NCBI GenBank assembly: GCA_002269645.1
Contig: NIVC01003597.1
Location: forward strand, 24,701 to 88,700
Reading direction: 5' to 3'
Source of the DNA: Macrostomum lignano
Lineage: Eukaryota
Length of the DNA stretch: 64,000 bases
Part shown: positions 51,934-63,089 of the stretch, piece after piece
How positions within the stretch are numbered: the first letter of the stretch is position 1
Layout: every line of letters starts with the position of its first letter
Made by a program: the position numbers and the translations under genes
The notes under the pieces: generated by a model
Seen by the model: the letters and a program-made list of their open reading frames with translations, nothing else
The model's database searches: none
Told to the model about the DNA's origin: nothing

Positions 51934-54900
51934 ATGGAGTTGAATCCTTTCAGCGCTGCCGCGGCCGGCCTGCCGCCTCTAAGCTCGGCCGCTGCCGCCG
52001 CTGCTGCAGCCGCCGCTGCCGCTGCCGCTGCGGGCGCGCGGCCTGAGCAGTCGCCGCCTCAGCTGTTGCCATTTAACAAAGCTCTGCAGCTGTCCTCTTG
52101 GCTTTACTTCAAGTCCGGCCTGCCGTACCAGCAGATGCTGCAGAACCATCACCAGCAGCATCATCAGCAGCAGCGTCTGTTTCCCGACTTGCATCTCCAC
52201 CTGGAGGAGCAGGTGGTCGCATCCTCCGGGATGACTTCCAGCGCGGCCGCCGCAGCGGCCATCGCCGACGCCGCCGCCAATGAAGATGACGACTGCAGTC
52301 CCACGGATCTTAGCGGCTGCTGCGCCTCGTCCATCATCAAAGGTGAGGCCAAGTTTTAATTATAAGGCGTCGCAACACAAATTGAAAATTTTGTTGACGT
52401 TGGGGGCCGGTGTGCGCAGCAAAATGCAAGATCTGAAACAAAAATTAAGTAAATATCTGTGTTCGAAGTTAAGTCACGCTTGTTGTTACATCCGACTTCC
52501 GTTACCAACTCGAAGTCCAGGTGAATTATGGTTAGTAATCTCAAGCTTGGTAGCGGGCTCTTGCCATGCCGATGTTAACATTCATTTCCTTTATATTTGC
52601 TCTCCTTATATTAGCTTTAGAACGCAGGGTTAACAGGGACAGTGTCTATGGCCAATGTGTGTGAAATGAAATATACTTTATATGCGCATATACCACACTT
52701 GTTGCTACAAATAGGCGAGTATTGTTTAGCTGCAGTGTCCACTTGTCCACTTTGACTTGTCGTGGTCAAATATGTCGATGGTCTGGTATTGAAAAAATCA
52801 TTTCGAACCTTAGGCTATTGAGCCAGTCTATATACAGCACTACATTCGTACTTCAATTACAAAGAACTTTGACAACAGAAACTTCAGAACCGATTTGCTT
52901 ATCTCATGCAGCTCCTTGAGTACCATCAATCCACGTCGATCACTGTCTCGTCTTCTCGTGACATTCCGTCAACGTGTTGGTAATTCAAGTAGCTTTCTAG
53001 TAGCTTCTGGCACACAGCCATGAGCTCATCTTCTGACGTAAAATCGACGTGAGGGCTTGTGAATTTCTCCGTAAGGCTTCCGTCCCGTAAACATCAAATC
53101 AACAAATCTCGCTGTATCAGCGTCAATAGTGGCAAAGTCGACAGTCACATTTGGTAAATTTTACGCTTCGTGCACAAGCAATTTAATCCCCCTCCCTGAC
53201 CATTTTTTGCTGCGCCGGAACGGAGCAACGCAGGCACACGAAATTCAAGAACACGGGCTGACTTTTTGTTGCGCACCTTCTCAAACAAGAATCAATTCGC
53301 CAGCCCACCGGACAGTCGAGATATTCGACAATTCTGCCAGAAGGTCGGATTTTTTCCATAAGCGCTAGTGTATTCAGTACACCCCTGTGCGCCAATCAGC
53401 ACTGCGCCTCGGTACAGCCTTGCCAAGTCTCCAAATTTCATCAGCACGTCGATCACGTGTGTCTGCATCAGTTCTGCCTTCGTTGGTCACTAGCCTTCAC
53501 CCAGACGGAGCTTCTGGATCTAGAATGAGAGACTAGAGAAATTCGCATAAGGGTCTTCAAATAGTTATCTGGTGCCATCTGTTGAAGGTCAAGAAGCTCC
53601 GTCTGGGTCAACCTTGATTTTGGATTTCGGACTGAGAGGGCGCAAAACCAGGGGCTTACTGATAAGGCTCTTATTTGGTTAGAGCATCGCTCTGTTAGAC
53701 AAAAACGCGACAGGCTACAAGTGAATTTTTATTAAATTGTGCTCCCCCAAATTTTTAAGCTATTGGCTTCCAAGATTGACACTTACACCTAATTAGAGCT
53801 AACACAGATCTCAGCTATATTCACGCATTCACCCATCTTCTGGTATTAACAAGACTGCCCTCGGCCCCGTCACCCCAGGGCCCGTGCTGTGCTTGCTAAA
53901 ACAGACACAGCTCAGCTTCCATTGTTGCGCAGCCGTTGCAGGCCTCACTCAACATCGCGGGGTTGTTTTAACTTTCCCCCCTTTTGCATCCACTTAACTT
54001 CTTTTACGACGGATGAAATAATAAGACGTTAAGCTGGGGTGGGTGGCAGCCACGGCTTAGTAACAATTGGCCTATAGCAAGTCTTGCCGCTAACAGTTTA
54101 GGCAGAAGAGGAATGCTTCAAGAATTGAGAAAACAAGAGAGAAAAGAGGAGGGGCAAAACGACGAGAATTAGAAATCCTCTCCACTTGTTGGTTCTTCAA
54201 ATTGCTTCAATTAGCGGTCCCGTTTGGACGCGCGGCAGGGGTCCCCCAATTGACTTACCTGCCACCTACCCTATGCAGTGCAGGGCTCAGCAGCCCGCCC
54301 CCTAAGCAAAATTTACAATTGACAAGCTGATCAATACCATCAGCCCGGCCTGAACCCCCCGCTCTCCAAAATCGATACTTTAATTAGGCCCGCCCGGTGC
54401 AACAGAGAATTTATTTGCTGGGCCATCCAGCCCACTGAATGAGTTGCTGCTGCTGCTGCCGCTGCTTCTTGCGGCAAAAAATTCTACTGAGACCCCCAAG
54501 GCAACCAAGGATAGGGAGCTGCATAATGAAAAGCTTGAGCAGGGAGAAAGCTGTATTAACGGCGTTGAATTAGAAACTCAGTGGATTAGTGCCTCGTAGA
54601 AGTATAATTCTACTTTGAAATTGAAAAGCAGATTTAAACAAAACTTCCTTAATTCAGTTTGATTTAGCTACTTCCTCGGAGCTATAATAGTCTTGAGTCA
54701 TTTATCTGTAGCCAAAAGCCTCCCAAAGTTTTAGCAACAACAATGTCACCCTCATTCAACACAAGCACCTCTCAAAACTGTTTTTCAACCAATAATTATA
54801 CAGAAAATAAGACGTTGCATTTGATATTAAGAGGTGTCAAAATAAAAAATCTGATCTAATTAGGGGGAGGTCGCGGAGCTCATTGACAACTCGAAAGCTT

Positions 54901-57900
54901 GAGAAAAGCCAGATACCCCTAAGAGAGACAAAGAACGACACAACAATGGCCGTGACTTACTCATCACCCTATAAGAACTAATTTCCCTCACTGAGGTCTC
55001 TGATCGGGTCGCAATTAAACAATTGCTGCCACCTGAGTCCGGTATGGAAACCTTGCACTGCCGTCTCTGCCATGTGTGCAGCTTGGTATCGAGGACGATT
55101 GAACGTGAGACGAGGACAAGTGTGTATGTGTGTGTGGCGCGAGACATGAGTCCCATTTATTCCATCTAAAACATTTTACATCTATAAAGGAAAAAGAGGG
55201 GTGCAAAAAAACGTGCTCCCAGTTCCCTCTTATTCTATTCCCATCATCTTCATGCTCTTCTTTTAATTTTCCATTTCCGTCTGCTCGGAAGAAGTAGGGA
55301 AGAAGTTCCTGCGGAGTGGCTTGGAGGAATTGACGCTCTCAGACACGTGGCGAGCCGTGCGAACTGCGAGACCTGGTGACGTCTGCTACTGCTTAGTAGA
55401 ATGAAGGCATGCAGCCACTCTCTTCTTGTCAACAGCGTATCTCTCTCATTTTAATTTTTTCTCAACCGATTATTGTCTGTCAACCCTGCGGGACATACTC
55501 CTCCCCACCGCCAACTTGGCTCACTCAATCATCAACTCCATTTTCACTTCCAATTCTAACTGACCCCAGTTTACAATGGATTAGATTATGGGGACTTGTA
55601 GTTATTAATCCGTCATTGGGAATTGAGTAAAAAGCTTAATGATAAGAAAAGAAGCAGAGAAGAAAGATTTAACTTTTTTCATCACCCACTTTGTCTCGCG
55701 AATCTTCTTCCTCCTCCTCACCCTTTCTCTTTCAGCAGCAGCAGCAGCCCCATCCTCTCATCTCATCTCTGAATAAAACAGGCGACCCGTTACTCCTGGG
55801 GGGTCCTAATTACCCAGGCATGAAGAATCACCTTCGAAGCTTCACCGTCTCTCACTCCCCCCCACTCAGTCCCATTCACAGTGACTTGTCACTCTCGTCT
55901 TCAATAACAGGTGCGCCCGATTCCCCCCCCCCAGCTTTCTGCAATTGTCAAATAGCTAGTGTGTCTCTGGACAAAAAATTGGTGGGAACTCATACGGAAG
56001 AAGGAAGGTAAGAACGAAGAGAGGCGCGATGAGGAACATGACAAATACATCAGAGTAAGAAGAGAAGAGAATTGATATCAACAATGCATTTTTTAAGAAG
56101 AACGCCGGCCCCAACCTGAGTGATTGGCGCCCAACATGGAGGCGCTCGTATTATGAACCATTATTGGCAAATTAGAAGACATTCCGCGACTAAACTGACA
56201 GAGCTGTATAGATAGGATTTCAGAAGGCCTCAGACCTGACCTCCTTAATGGCTAAGATGGGGTGCTTCAATATTGGATCAGCAGCGCATCATGGATGAAA
56301 TAATTGTTGCTTTAAGAGTTTTTCTGTAACAGAATGATAGACAAATTCGTATCTCTGTTGTCATGCAGGGCAACCACCCCGAGAAACCCACTCAAAATCT
56401 GTCAGAATTATTGTTTGCTGCAAATGACGTACGCCGGAATGCCGGATACGCTCAGCACTATATTGTATTTCTATATTATAACGTTACTCTAGTTTAGTGA
56501 TGCAATAATAAGTCTCAGCTTATAGTCTTGCATATACGCTGAGAATGTCTATGGCCAAGAGACCACTAATTGATTGAGTGCAAAGGCAGCGGGTGTGCAC
56601 AAAACGCCCGCCGAGAACTGTCTGTGGTAATTCCTCACTTGGCACTATGAGCAGCCCCCTGACTGAAAGCACGAGAAAAGTTTGGTTCTTTAATATATTT
56701 CAATATGTCTGAGGTGTTGCCTCTGCTTAATAGCTATCAGTGGTCCTTGAACCAATGGTGGCAAGCCCTTTGAGCTCTGAGCACAAGCTGGAATCCAAGG
56801 ACTACTCAACTAGAAGGAGGAGAAAATACGTCTCTTAGAAAAAGTAAAGGAGGCTGGTTTTTACCGAAAAAGACACTACGGAGATGGGAACTTTTCACTT
56901 TTTTCAGATTAAAAATTGTTATTGCTTTCGATAGGAAGCAGACCCAATGTTCATCTTTTGATATGTTTTGCCTCGCCTCCACACTCGCAGACTTATCAGA
57001 TGAAGTGGATGGTCAGGCAGCAGCCGCTGCAACCTCGGCCACCGGCGCCGGCCTGTCAGGCTCCGGTGGTAAGCGCCGTCGGACGCGGACGAATTTCACA
57101 GCCTGGCAGCTGGACGAGCTGGAACGTGCGTTCAGTGACAGCCACTACCCCGATGTGTTCATGCGTGAGGCGCTGGCCCTGCGTCTGGAGCTGGCCGAGT
57201 CGCGGGTTCAGGTCTGGTTCCAGAACCGGCGGGCCAAATGGAGAAAGAAGGACAACACTAGGAAAGGTGAGTCTTCGCGGTGGAATTAAATAGGGATTTT
57301 TAACTGACTCAGTATTATCTAACAAGAACTCGCCACGCATTTTATGGTAAGGAGGATAAAGCACTATAAATTTGCGTTTGTCGTCAGATCACAATAAATC
57401 TTTAAGGAGCGCAGGTTGTTATCGATGGCGCTTTTAATTTTTTTCTGCAAACAAGTGGTAAGACCACTGAGGTGACAAAGCATAAAAGCTGCTGCTCATA
57501 CCACAGTTTTATGCTTCAACTTATCCAATGTAAGGCACGCGTGAACTTAATTTTAAACTGTGCTTTAGACGCGTCAGCTGGACAAGCATCTTAAAAGTTA
57601 GCAAAAAGTCATTCTGAGAATCAATATCTGCTTTGAAAACCAAGACCGGTTTTTGTTGATAAAATGCATTAGCGAGAATAGTAAGCTTGATGATAAAGTT
57701 TCTTTAGAACTTAATTGACAAAGTATCTTAATTTTCTTCTGAATTGCAAATGAAGCAGAGGTGGAGTCAAGTTTATCAAGCTACCGGATGCTACCAGAGA
57801 ATGGCAAGCAAGAAAAGTTCCGGCAAAAGCTCAGCTGTTTTTTTTATTAGAGGCAGGGGGGTTGTGTGCACCCTGGCGCACTTTAAGCGACATTGGCACA

Positions 57901-58830
57901 CAACCGGCGAGAGGCATTACTGCCCATTCCGCCGACTCCCCTGAGCAGGCATACAAGCGCGCGGATACGTACGCAGGCACACACTCACACAGGAGTGTAC
58001 AGCGGCCCTAACTTTATATTATCGTTAGGCATGTACACTTCACTGTGCCTTGGGGGTTGGCTCTCAAGGCCGTTAATTACACGAGCAGAGCCAAGCTGAG
58101 ATTCCAATTCAGCCCCAAATTAATGTGACTGCACTTGGAATCGAGCCTGGGTCGCTGGCACACCAGAGCAGCTGCGCTACCGCTGGGCTACGGCCCCCCT
58201 CAAAGCTCAGCTGTTTCTGTCTTTTTGTGCATTTTTCTAGACGGAAATTTTCTTGACACCGAATTTTTCTAAGGCAAATTCCCATTCGGCCCTATGCAGA
58301 ATACAATTTGCTCCGAAAATTGGCCTTCAGCGAAAGAGAAGAGCTGGAACTCTAGATTCTGGTTCAAAGCCTCGTTGGTTTATCACAAACACGAAAGCCA
58401 AATCACTGCCCCTTACGCAGGTCCGGGCCGCCCAGCGCACAACGCCCAACCGCGCAGCTGTTCAGGCGACCCAATCGACCCCGAAGAGCTGCGGCGTCGC
58501 GAGGCGGAACGCGAAGATCGCCGCAGTCGACGACGTCAGCAGCAACTGCTGCTGCAGCAGCGGCAGCAGCTTCAAGGCCAACAGACAATCGACGAGGCTG
58601 ATGCGCTGCTGTCGATGACCTCCGAGGAGGACAGAAAGGACGGAGAGGACGAAGGTTCTCTATCTAACAGCGGCTCCGGCGAGGCTGGGAACCAACCACA
58701 GCCGCAGCCAAGCAGTCGCCCATTCAACGGAAGCTGCTTCACCATCGAGCGGCTTCTGCTGATGTCTCCGTCATCGAATTCGAAGGCAGCCGGAAGCGGC
58801 GGCATCTACGACAACGAAGGCCAACAATGA
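51934..58830 (+). CDS. UNCX: Uncx/unc-4 paired-like homeodomain transcription factor; exons 51934-52342, 56991-57266, 58421-58830; 364 aa
   Basis: Homeodomain [57 protein letters not shown] followed by the Uncx-specific [28 protein letters not shown]; C-terminal eh1-like FTIERLL; phase-1 junctions in frame. Confidence 0.95.
56796..56970. mobile_element. hAT-type MITE, family A, truncated copy (one TIR) in Uncx intron 1
   Basis: Starts CAAGGACTACTCAAC; internal ACTACGGAGATGGGAA and TTGCTTTCGATAGGA..CCAATGTTCATCTTTTGAT are shared with the 13704 and 39259 copies; no second TIR. Confidence 0.75.
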
Positions 58831-60175
58831 CTGCTTAGAGTTGAATTCACTATATTAACTTGAAAGCTTGCATGTTCATTGTGAATTATAGCTTTGCAGC
58901 CAAAAGTTGGACATTAAAACGAATTGAGTTTAATCTTTCAAGCTTAGCTCTGCCCAACATGCATTTAGACAGCAACAACTAGTTAGTTAGCTAGTTTTTG
59001 TTCGTTCATCGCAGTGTTTTCCCACCTTGATAGACAGTAAAAGAACTCAAACTGGAACAACTTAGATTAAATTCAATGCGTAAGAGTCCAACCAAAAAAT
59101 ATAGGTTCAAAAATCTATGTTTAATCTGTCTGCCTCAGCGCTATAATTCTACTCAATTGATCTGATTATTAACCGCAAAGTAATATACAATTTATGAAAT
59201 AATTCAGCCATGTTTTTTTGTGAAATCATTGGACTATAAACCTTTCAAACACTAACTAAACTGTGAAAGCGTGCACGCTAGCCAACATTCAATTGAATTC
59301 TTACTGCTTTTTCCTTGGTAAAGTGACCTACTGAATTGGCAAATATAGTGTAAAAAGTCGAACTACTCCTGCCAGCAGCGCTCTGTTGGTACTCTCCCCC
59401 TCAGCTTAGCCTTATCCCAATGCTTAAAGGATTCTTGGTTCACAGAGAAGGCAAACACAGCCAGGCAAATGAAAATTGGCATTCAGACGCCTCGTGCAGC
59501 GCCCCAAACTTAGACAGATCCTGGACTGAAGTAAATGGGGAAATAAGCGAAAGTTCTGAGCGATAGCCGGGTTTGTCGTGGGGAGAAATTTGAAGCACGA
59601 TTTGAATGAGGACACATAATCCGTGACCAGGAATTAACAGGTGGCCTGGTACCCCCACCAGCCGGATAATCCTCACTCCTAATTAAATATTCCCGGCAAT
59701 TGGGAATATGATTTTGAACAGGTTTTATAAGACAATCAAAGCTGCTGGATGGGAAGCGGAGGGTTGGCCGGGAGATTTAAGCAAACAGTGCAGCTGGAAA
59801 TTTCTTCTGCCAACAAGAGGCAACTTTAAAAAAGGGGAGATTGAGAACCCGAACAGCCGATTGATGGCGAAATAATTTTTCCTATTCACGATGCCCCCTG
59901 CGCACACCGACCCAATGCGGGGAAGTGTGCTCGCGAAAATCAGTGTCACGTTGGGCAAACAGAATTTGGTTGGGGGGCGGGTGCCGTGGGAAGGGAGCGC
60001 ACGAGCGCGCATCATCTTATCTTTCTCTCCCCCCCCCCCACCCAGCGATAATGAATTGATAATGATGATTAAGATGAATAGTAGAAGCTGGGCTATGAAC
60101 TGCTAAACCCACAGGTTCTACAATTTTTTGTTGCTAGGACGAATTATCATTGCCAGACTGATGGTCTTGCTTAAG

Positions 60176-60484
60176 AATCTGGGAGGCTGGTCTAGCAACT
60201 GATGATCTGGGAGAATGGCTCAGCAACTGAGGATCTGGGAGGGTGGCTCAGCAAAATGAGGATCTGGGAGGGTTGCTTCAGCAACTGAGGATCTTGGAGA
60301 ATGGTTCAGCAACTGAGGATCTGGGAGGCTGGTTCAGCAACTGAGGATCTTGGAGAATGGTTCAGCAACTGAGGATCTGGGAGGCTGGTTCAGCAACTGA
60401 GGATCTAGGAGGCTGGTTCAGCAACTGAGGATCTAGGAGGCTGGTTCAGCAACTGAGGATCTGGGAGGCTGGCCCAGCAACTGA
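60176..60484. repeat. 28-bp minisatellite (CAGCAACTGAGGATCTGGGAGGCTGGTT)
   Basis: Tandem units read directly. Confidence 0.94.
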
Positions 60485-60821
60485 AGAGGGTGCTAAATCA
60501 GACTTAGATATGGGGAAAATAAACTTAAAAAATTTCTAGAACTTGACAGATAGGGGACTATTTCAGTAAAACGAGGTACAATAAATAAATAACACTTGAA
60601 ATAGCCCGTCAGCATCAATTTTCAAAACGGAACAGGCACAACAAAAAGCAAGGAAGACATTCTTAATCTTACCACAGTATGTGTATTCTTACTCATATTT
60701 AAGTAGAGACTTTATAAATACCTTCATAAAAATTTCCAAGCTAAAAAGCTACTGAAAGTAAGCAGTAAAGCATATAGCTATAAAATATTAAAATGCAATA
60801 AAGAGTTCTTATTGCTAAGAT

Positions 60822-61643
60822 CTAGTCAAAGTCTAGCAAATCGTTAAAGTGGTTTTCTTCCCCAATCCCAAAGTCGGATAGGAGACATTCCGTAGGCGCT
60901 TGAAAATCAGTTTGAGCAGCCGGATTCGGCGGAGCCAAATGAAAGTGCCCGCAATCAGCGCAGCGCCAGCTCATAGTTGGAGCTTCACTGGCCAGCGCAA
61001 GGCCATTGTGCCGACCGCAGTTCTTGCAGAGAAGCGCCTTTGGCGGTTGAAGCTCTAGGCGACATCCAGCTCGACAGCCAATCAGAATGCGCCACAGATG
61101 AGATGCTATTCGATAGATCAGTGAACCAAATTTTTCTTGGCCAATCACAGACCGACCTGGCTTGTCCTGGCCAATCACAGACCAATCTGGCTTGTCCTGG
61201 CCAATCACAGACCGACCTGGCTTGTCCTGGCCAATCACAGACCGACCTGGCTTCTCCTGGCCAATCACAGACCAATCTGGCTTGTCCTGGCCAATCACAG
61301 ACCGACCTGGCTTCTCCTGGCCAATCACAGACCAATCTGGCTTGTCCTGGCCAATCACAGACCAATCTGGCTTGTCCTGGCCAATCACAGACCGACCTGG
61401 CTTTTCCTGTCCAATCACAGACCGACCTGCTTTTTCATGGCCAATTATAGAGCAATTAGCCTGATAATAACAATGCGATGCAACAAAAAAAATCAATCCA
61501 AGTAGAACTAGAAAATAGATGAATTTAAAGTAGCCATGCAAAGCCAGTGCTAGAGAGATAACTCCAAAACTGATAATAACAAGAGCAGTAGAAATCTTGG
61601 GTGGCCAGGTCAAATCTCTAATTTGAGAGAAAAGTACTGGCAT
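60822..61643 (-). CDS. Lunapark-like protein: two N-terminal TM segments, 10-aa repeat, C-terminal C4 zinc ribbon; 273 aa (5' exon possibly missing)
   Basis: ALLCKNCGRHNGLA..x..WRCADCGHFH matches the Lunapark zinc finger pattern (ALIC..C..HNG.A...RC..C); hydrophobic hairpin at the N-terminus; acceptor TTTCATTTCAG 9 nt upstream of the ATG. Confidence 0.65.
   Translation of the reverse strand: MPVLFSQIRDLTWPPKISTALVIISFGVISLALALHGYFKFIYFLVLLGLIFFVASHCYYQANCSIIGHEKAGRSVIGQEKPGRSVIGQDKPDWSVIGQDKPDWSVIGQEKPGRSVIGQDKPDWSVIGQEKPGRSVIGQDKPGRSVIGQDKPDWSVIGQDKPGRSVIGQEKFGSLIYRIASHLWRILIGCRAGCRLELQPPKALLCKNCGRHNGLALASEAPTMSWRCADCGHFHLAPPNPAAQTDFQAPTECLLSDFGIGEENHFNDLLDFD
61138..61445. repeat. 30-bp coding minisatellite (GGCCAATCACAGACCGACCTGGCTTGTCCT), ~10-11 units
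   Basis: Tandem units, in frame with the - strand ORF (SVIGQDKPGR). Confidence 0.95.
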
Positions 61644-63089
61644 TGCAATTTGCTGAAATGAAAAGAAAGTTTAGAGTGTTTGTTTAATATATTAAAAAAA
61701 CTTTTTAATAGCATATAAACCTAATTTATGATAGAATATTTAATTCTATATATTGCTATAAATTTTATAATTTTTATAAACTTGCTATAAAAAAATAAAA
61801 GAGGACTAAATAACTTTGCCTCATATCAATTTTATTTTGGATAATTAGGCCTAACCTATAGAACTATATTATATACAAAAATTGATTTTTGTTTAAGGAA
61901 ACATTAAAATACTTTTAGATAGAAAATTAAAAATTAAAAGCTTTTAATATAATATAATATTTAATAATACATTATCTAACTATGCTAAATATCCAAAGAC
62001 AAGAAGATAGAGCTTTTAATAAGAAATTGTTATATGCATGATGACCATACAAAAATAGATATGCACAATTATAGGATATGAAAATATAAAAATTTGGCCT
62101 AGTATAACAGAAAAACAATATTTGTAATTAGTACAAAAATATAAAATATTATCAAACTTATTATAATATTTATATTCCAACACAATTAAGTATATGGATT
62201 ATAACTATTTGATCTTGAAAATATATCAACTAGACATTGATACTAAGCCTAGCTACATATAGAGATAGAGTAGCTAGGCTTAGTGGATAAGATTACAAGA
62301 TAAACAGTGAAAATAGAGGAAATTATATATTAGAAAGGCAATACAATATTATATAGGTAATAGGGGCCTATATAATTGCAATCAAGGGTCAAATTGCACA
62401 AGACAGTTTCAGATATGCTAGAATTTTTTTTCATTTGATACAGATATTTAAACCTTGGATTTGGCATACTAGCACTTTTTAAATCTATGTTGGATTGGAC
62501 TGATGTTTGCAAAAACATTCTTGATCCCTTGGCTGCAATAGGGTCAAGCTAGAAAAAAATAGTTATTAGAATACATCATAGAGCAAGAACAAGAGCTACA
62601 CAAGGTTAAAAGGACATTAAAACTGAAACAACTTAGTGTTAATGATATCCTATATCCTAAAAATGAGTTGTTTGTATGTATGTATATGGGTATGCGATTG
62701 ATTTCAAAATAGAGCTCTTATTATTACATGTCTTAAACATAACATGTCTTATTATTAGTAATAATATTAATATAAAACAAACAAAACGAAACGGTTCTTC
62801 AAAACGGTTCTTATTAGGATTTAGTCAAAAGATGAACCTAACTACCAGCATATAATTAGGGCATTCTTATTTATAATATTATAACCACTGAGAGCTACAG
62901 ACATATGAATACATGATTATTATTCTATATATTATTTTATTAAATGCTGGCCAGCCAGCACGCACGTGGGAATATTTGAATATAGGCAAGTATGCAATAA
63001 ACAAAATTAAAATAGCTTTAAGCTCCTTCAGTTCTTGCTTTGAGTCGAAAATCTTGTGTTCAATACGTGTTCTCAATTGCGCATTTATT

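Noticed and set aside
53572-53586. CTCF-like motif (CAACAGATGGCAC on the - strand)
   Set aside because: Two mismatches to the core, single occurrence, and CTCF may be absent from the inferred lineage
54290-54420. TAATTA/TGAT-rich candidate enhancer in Uncx intron 1
   Set aside because: Short motifs are expected by chance; needs cross-species conservation data
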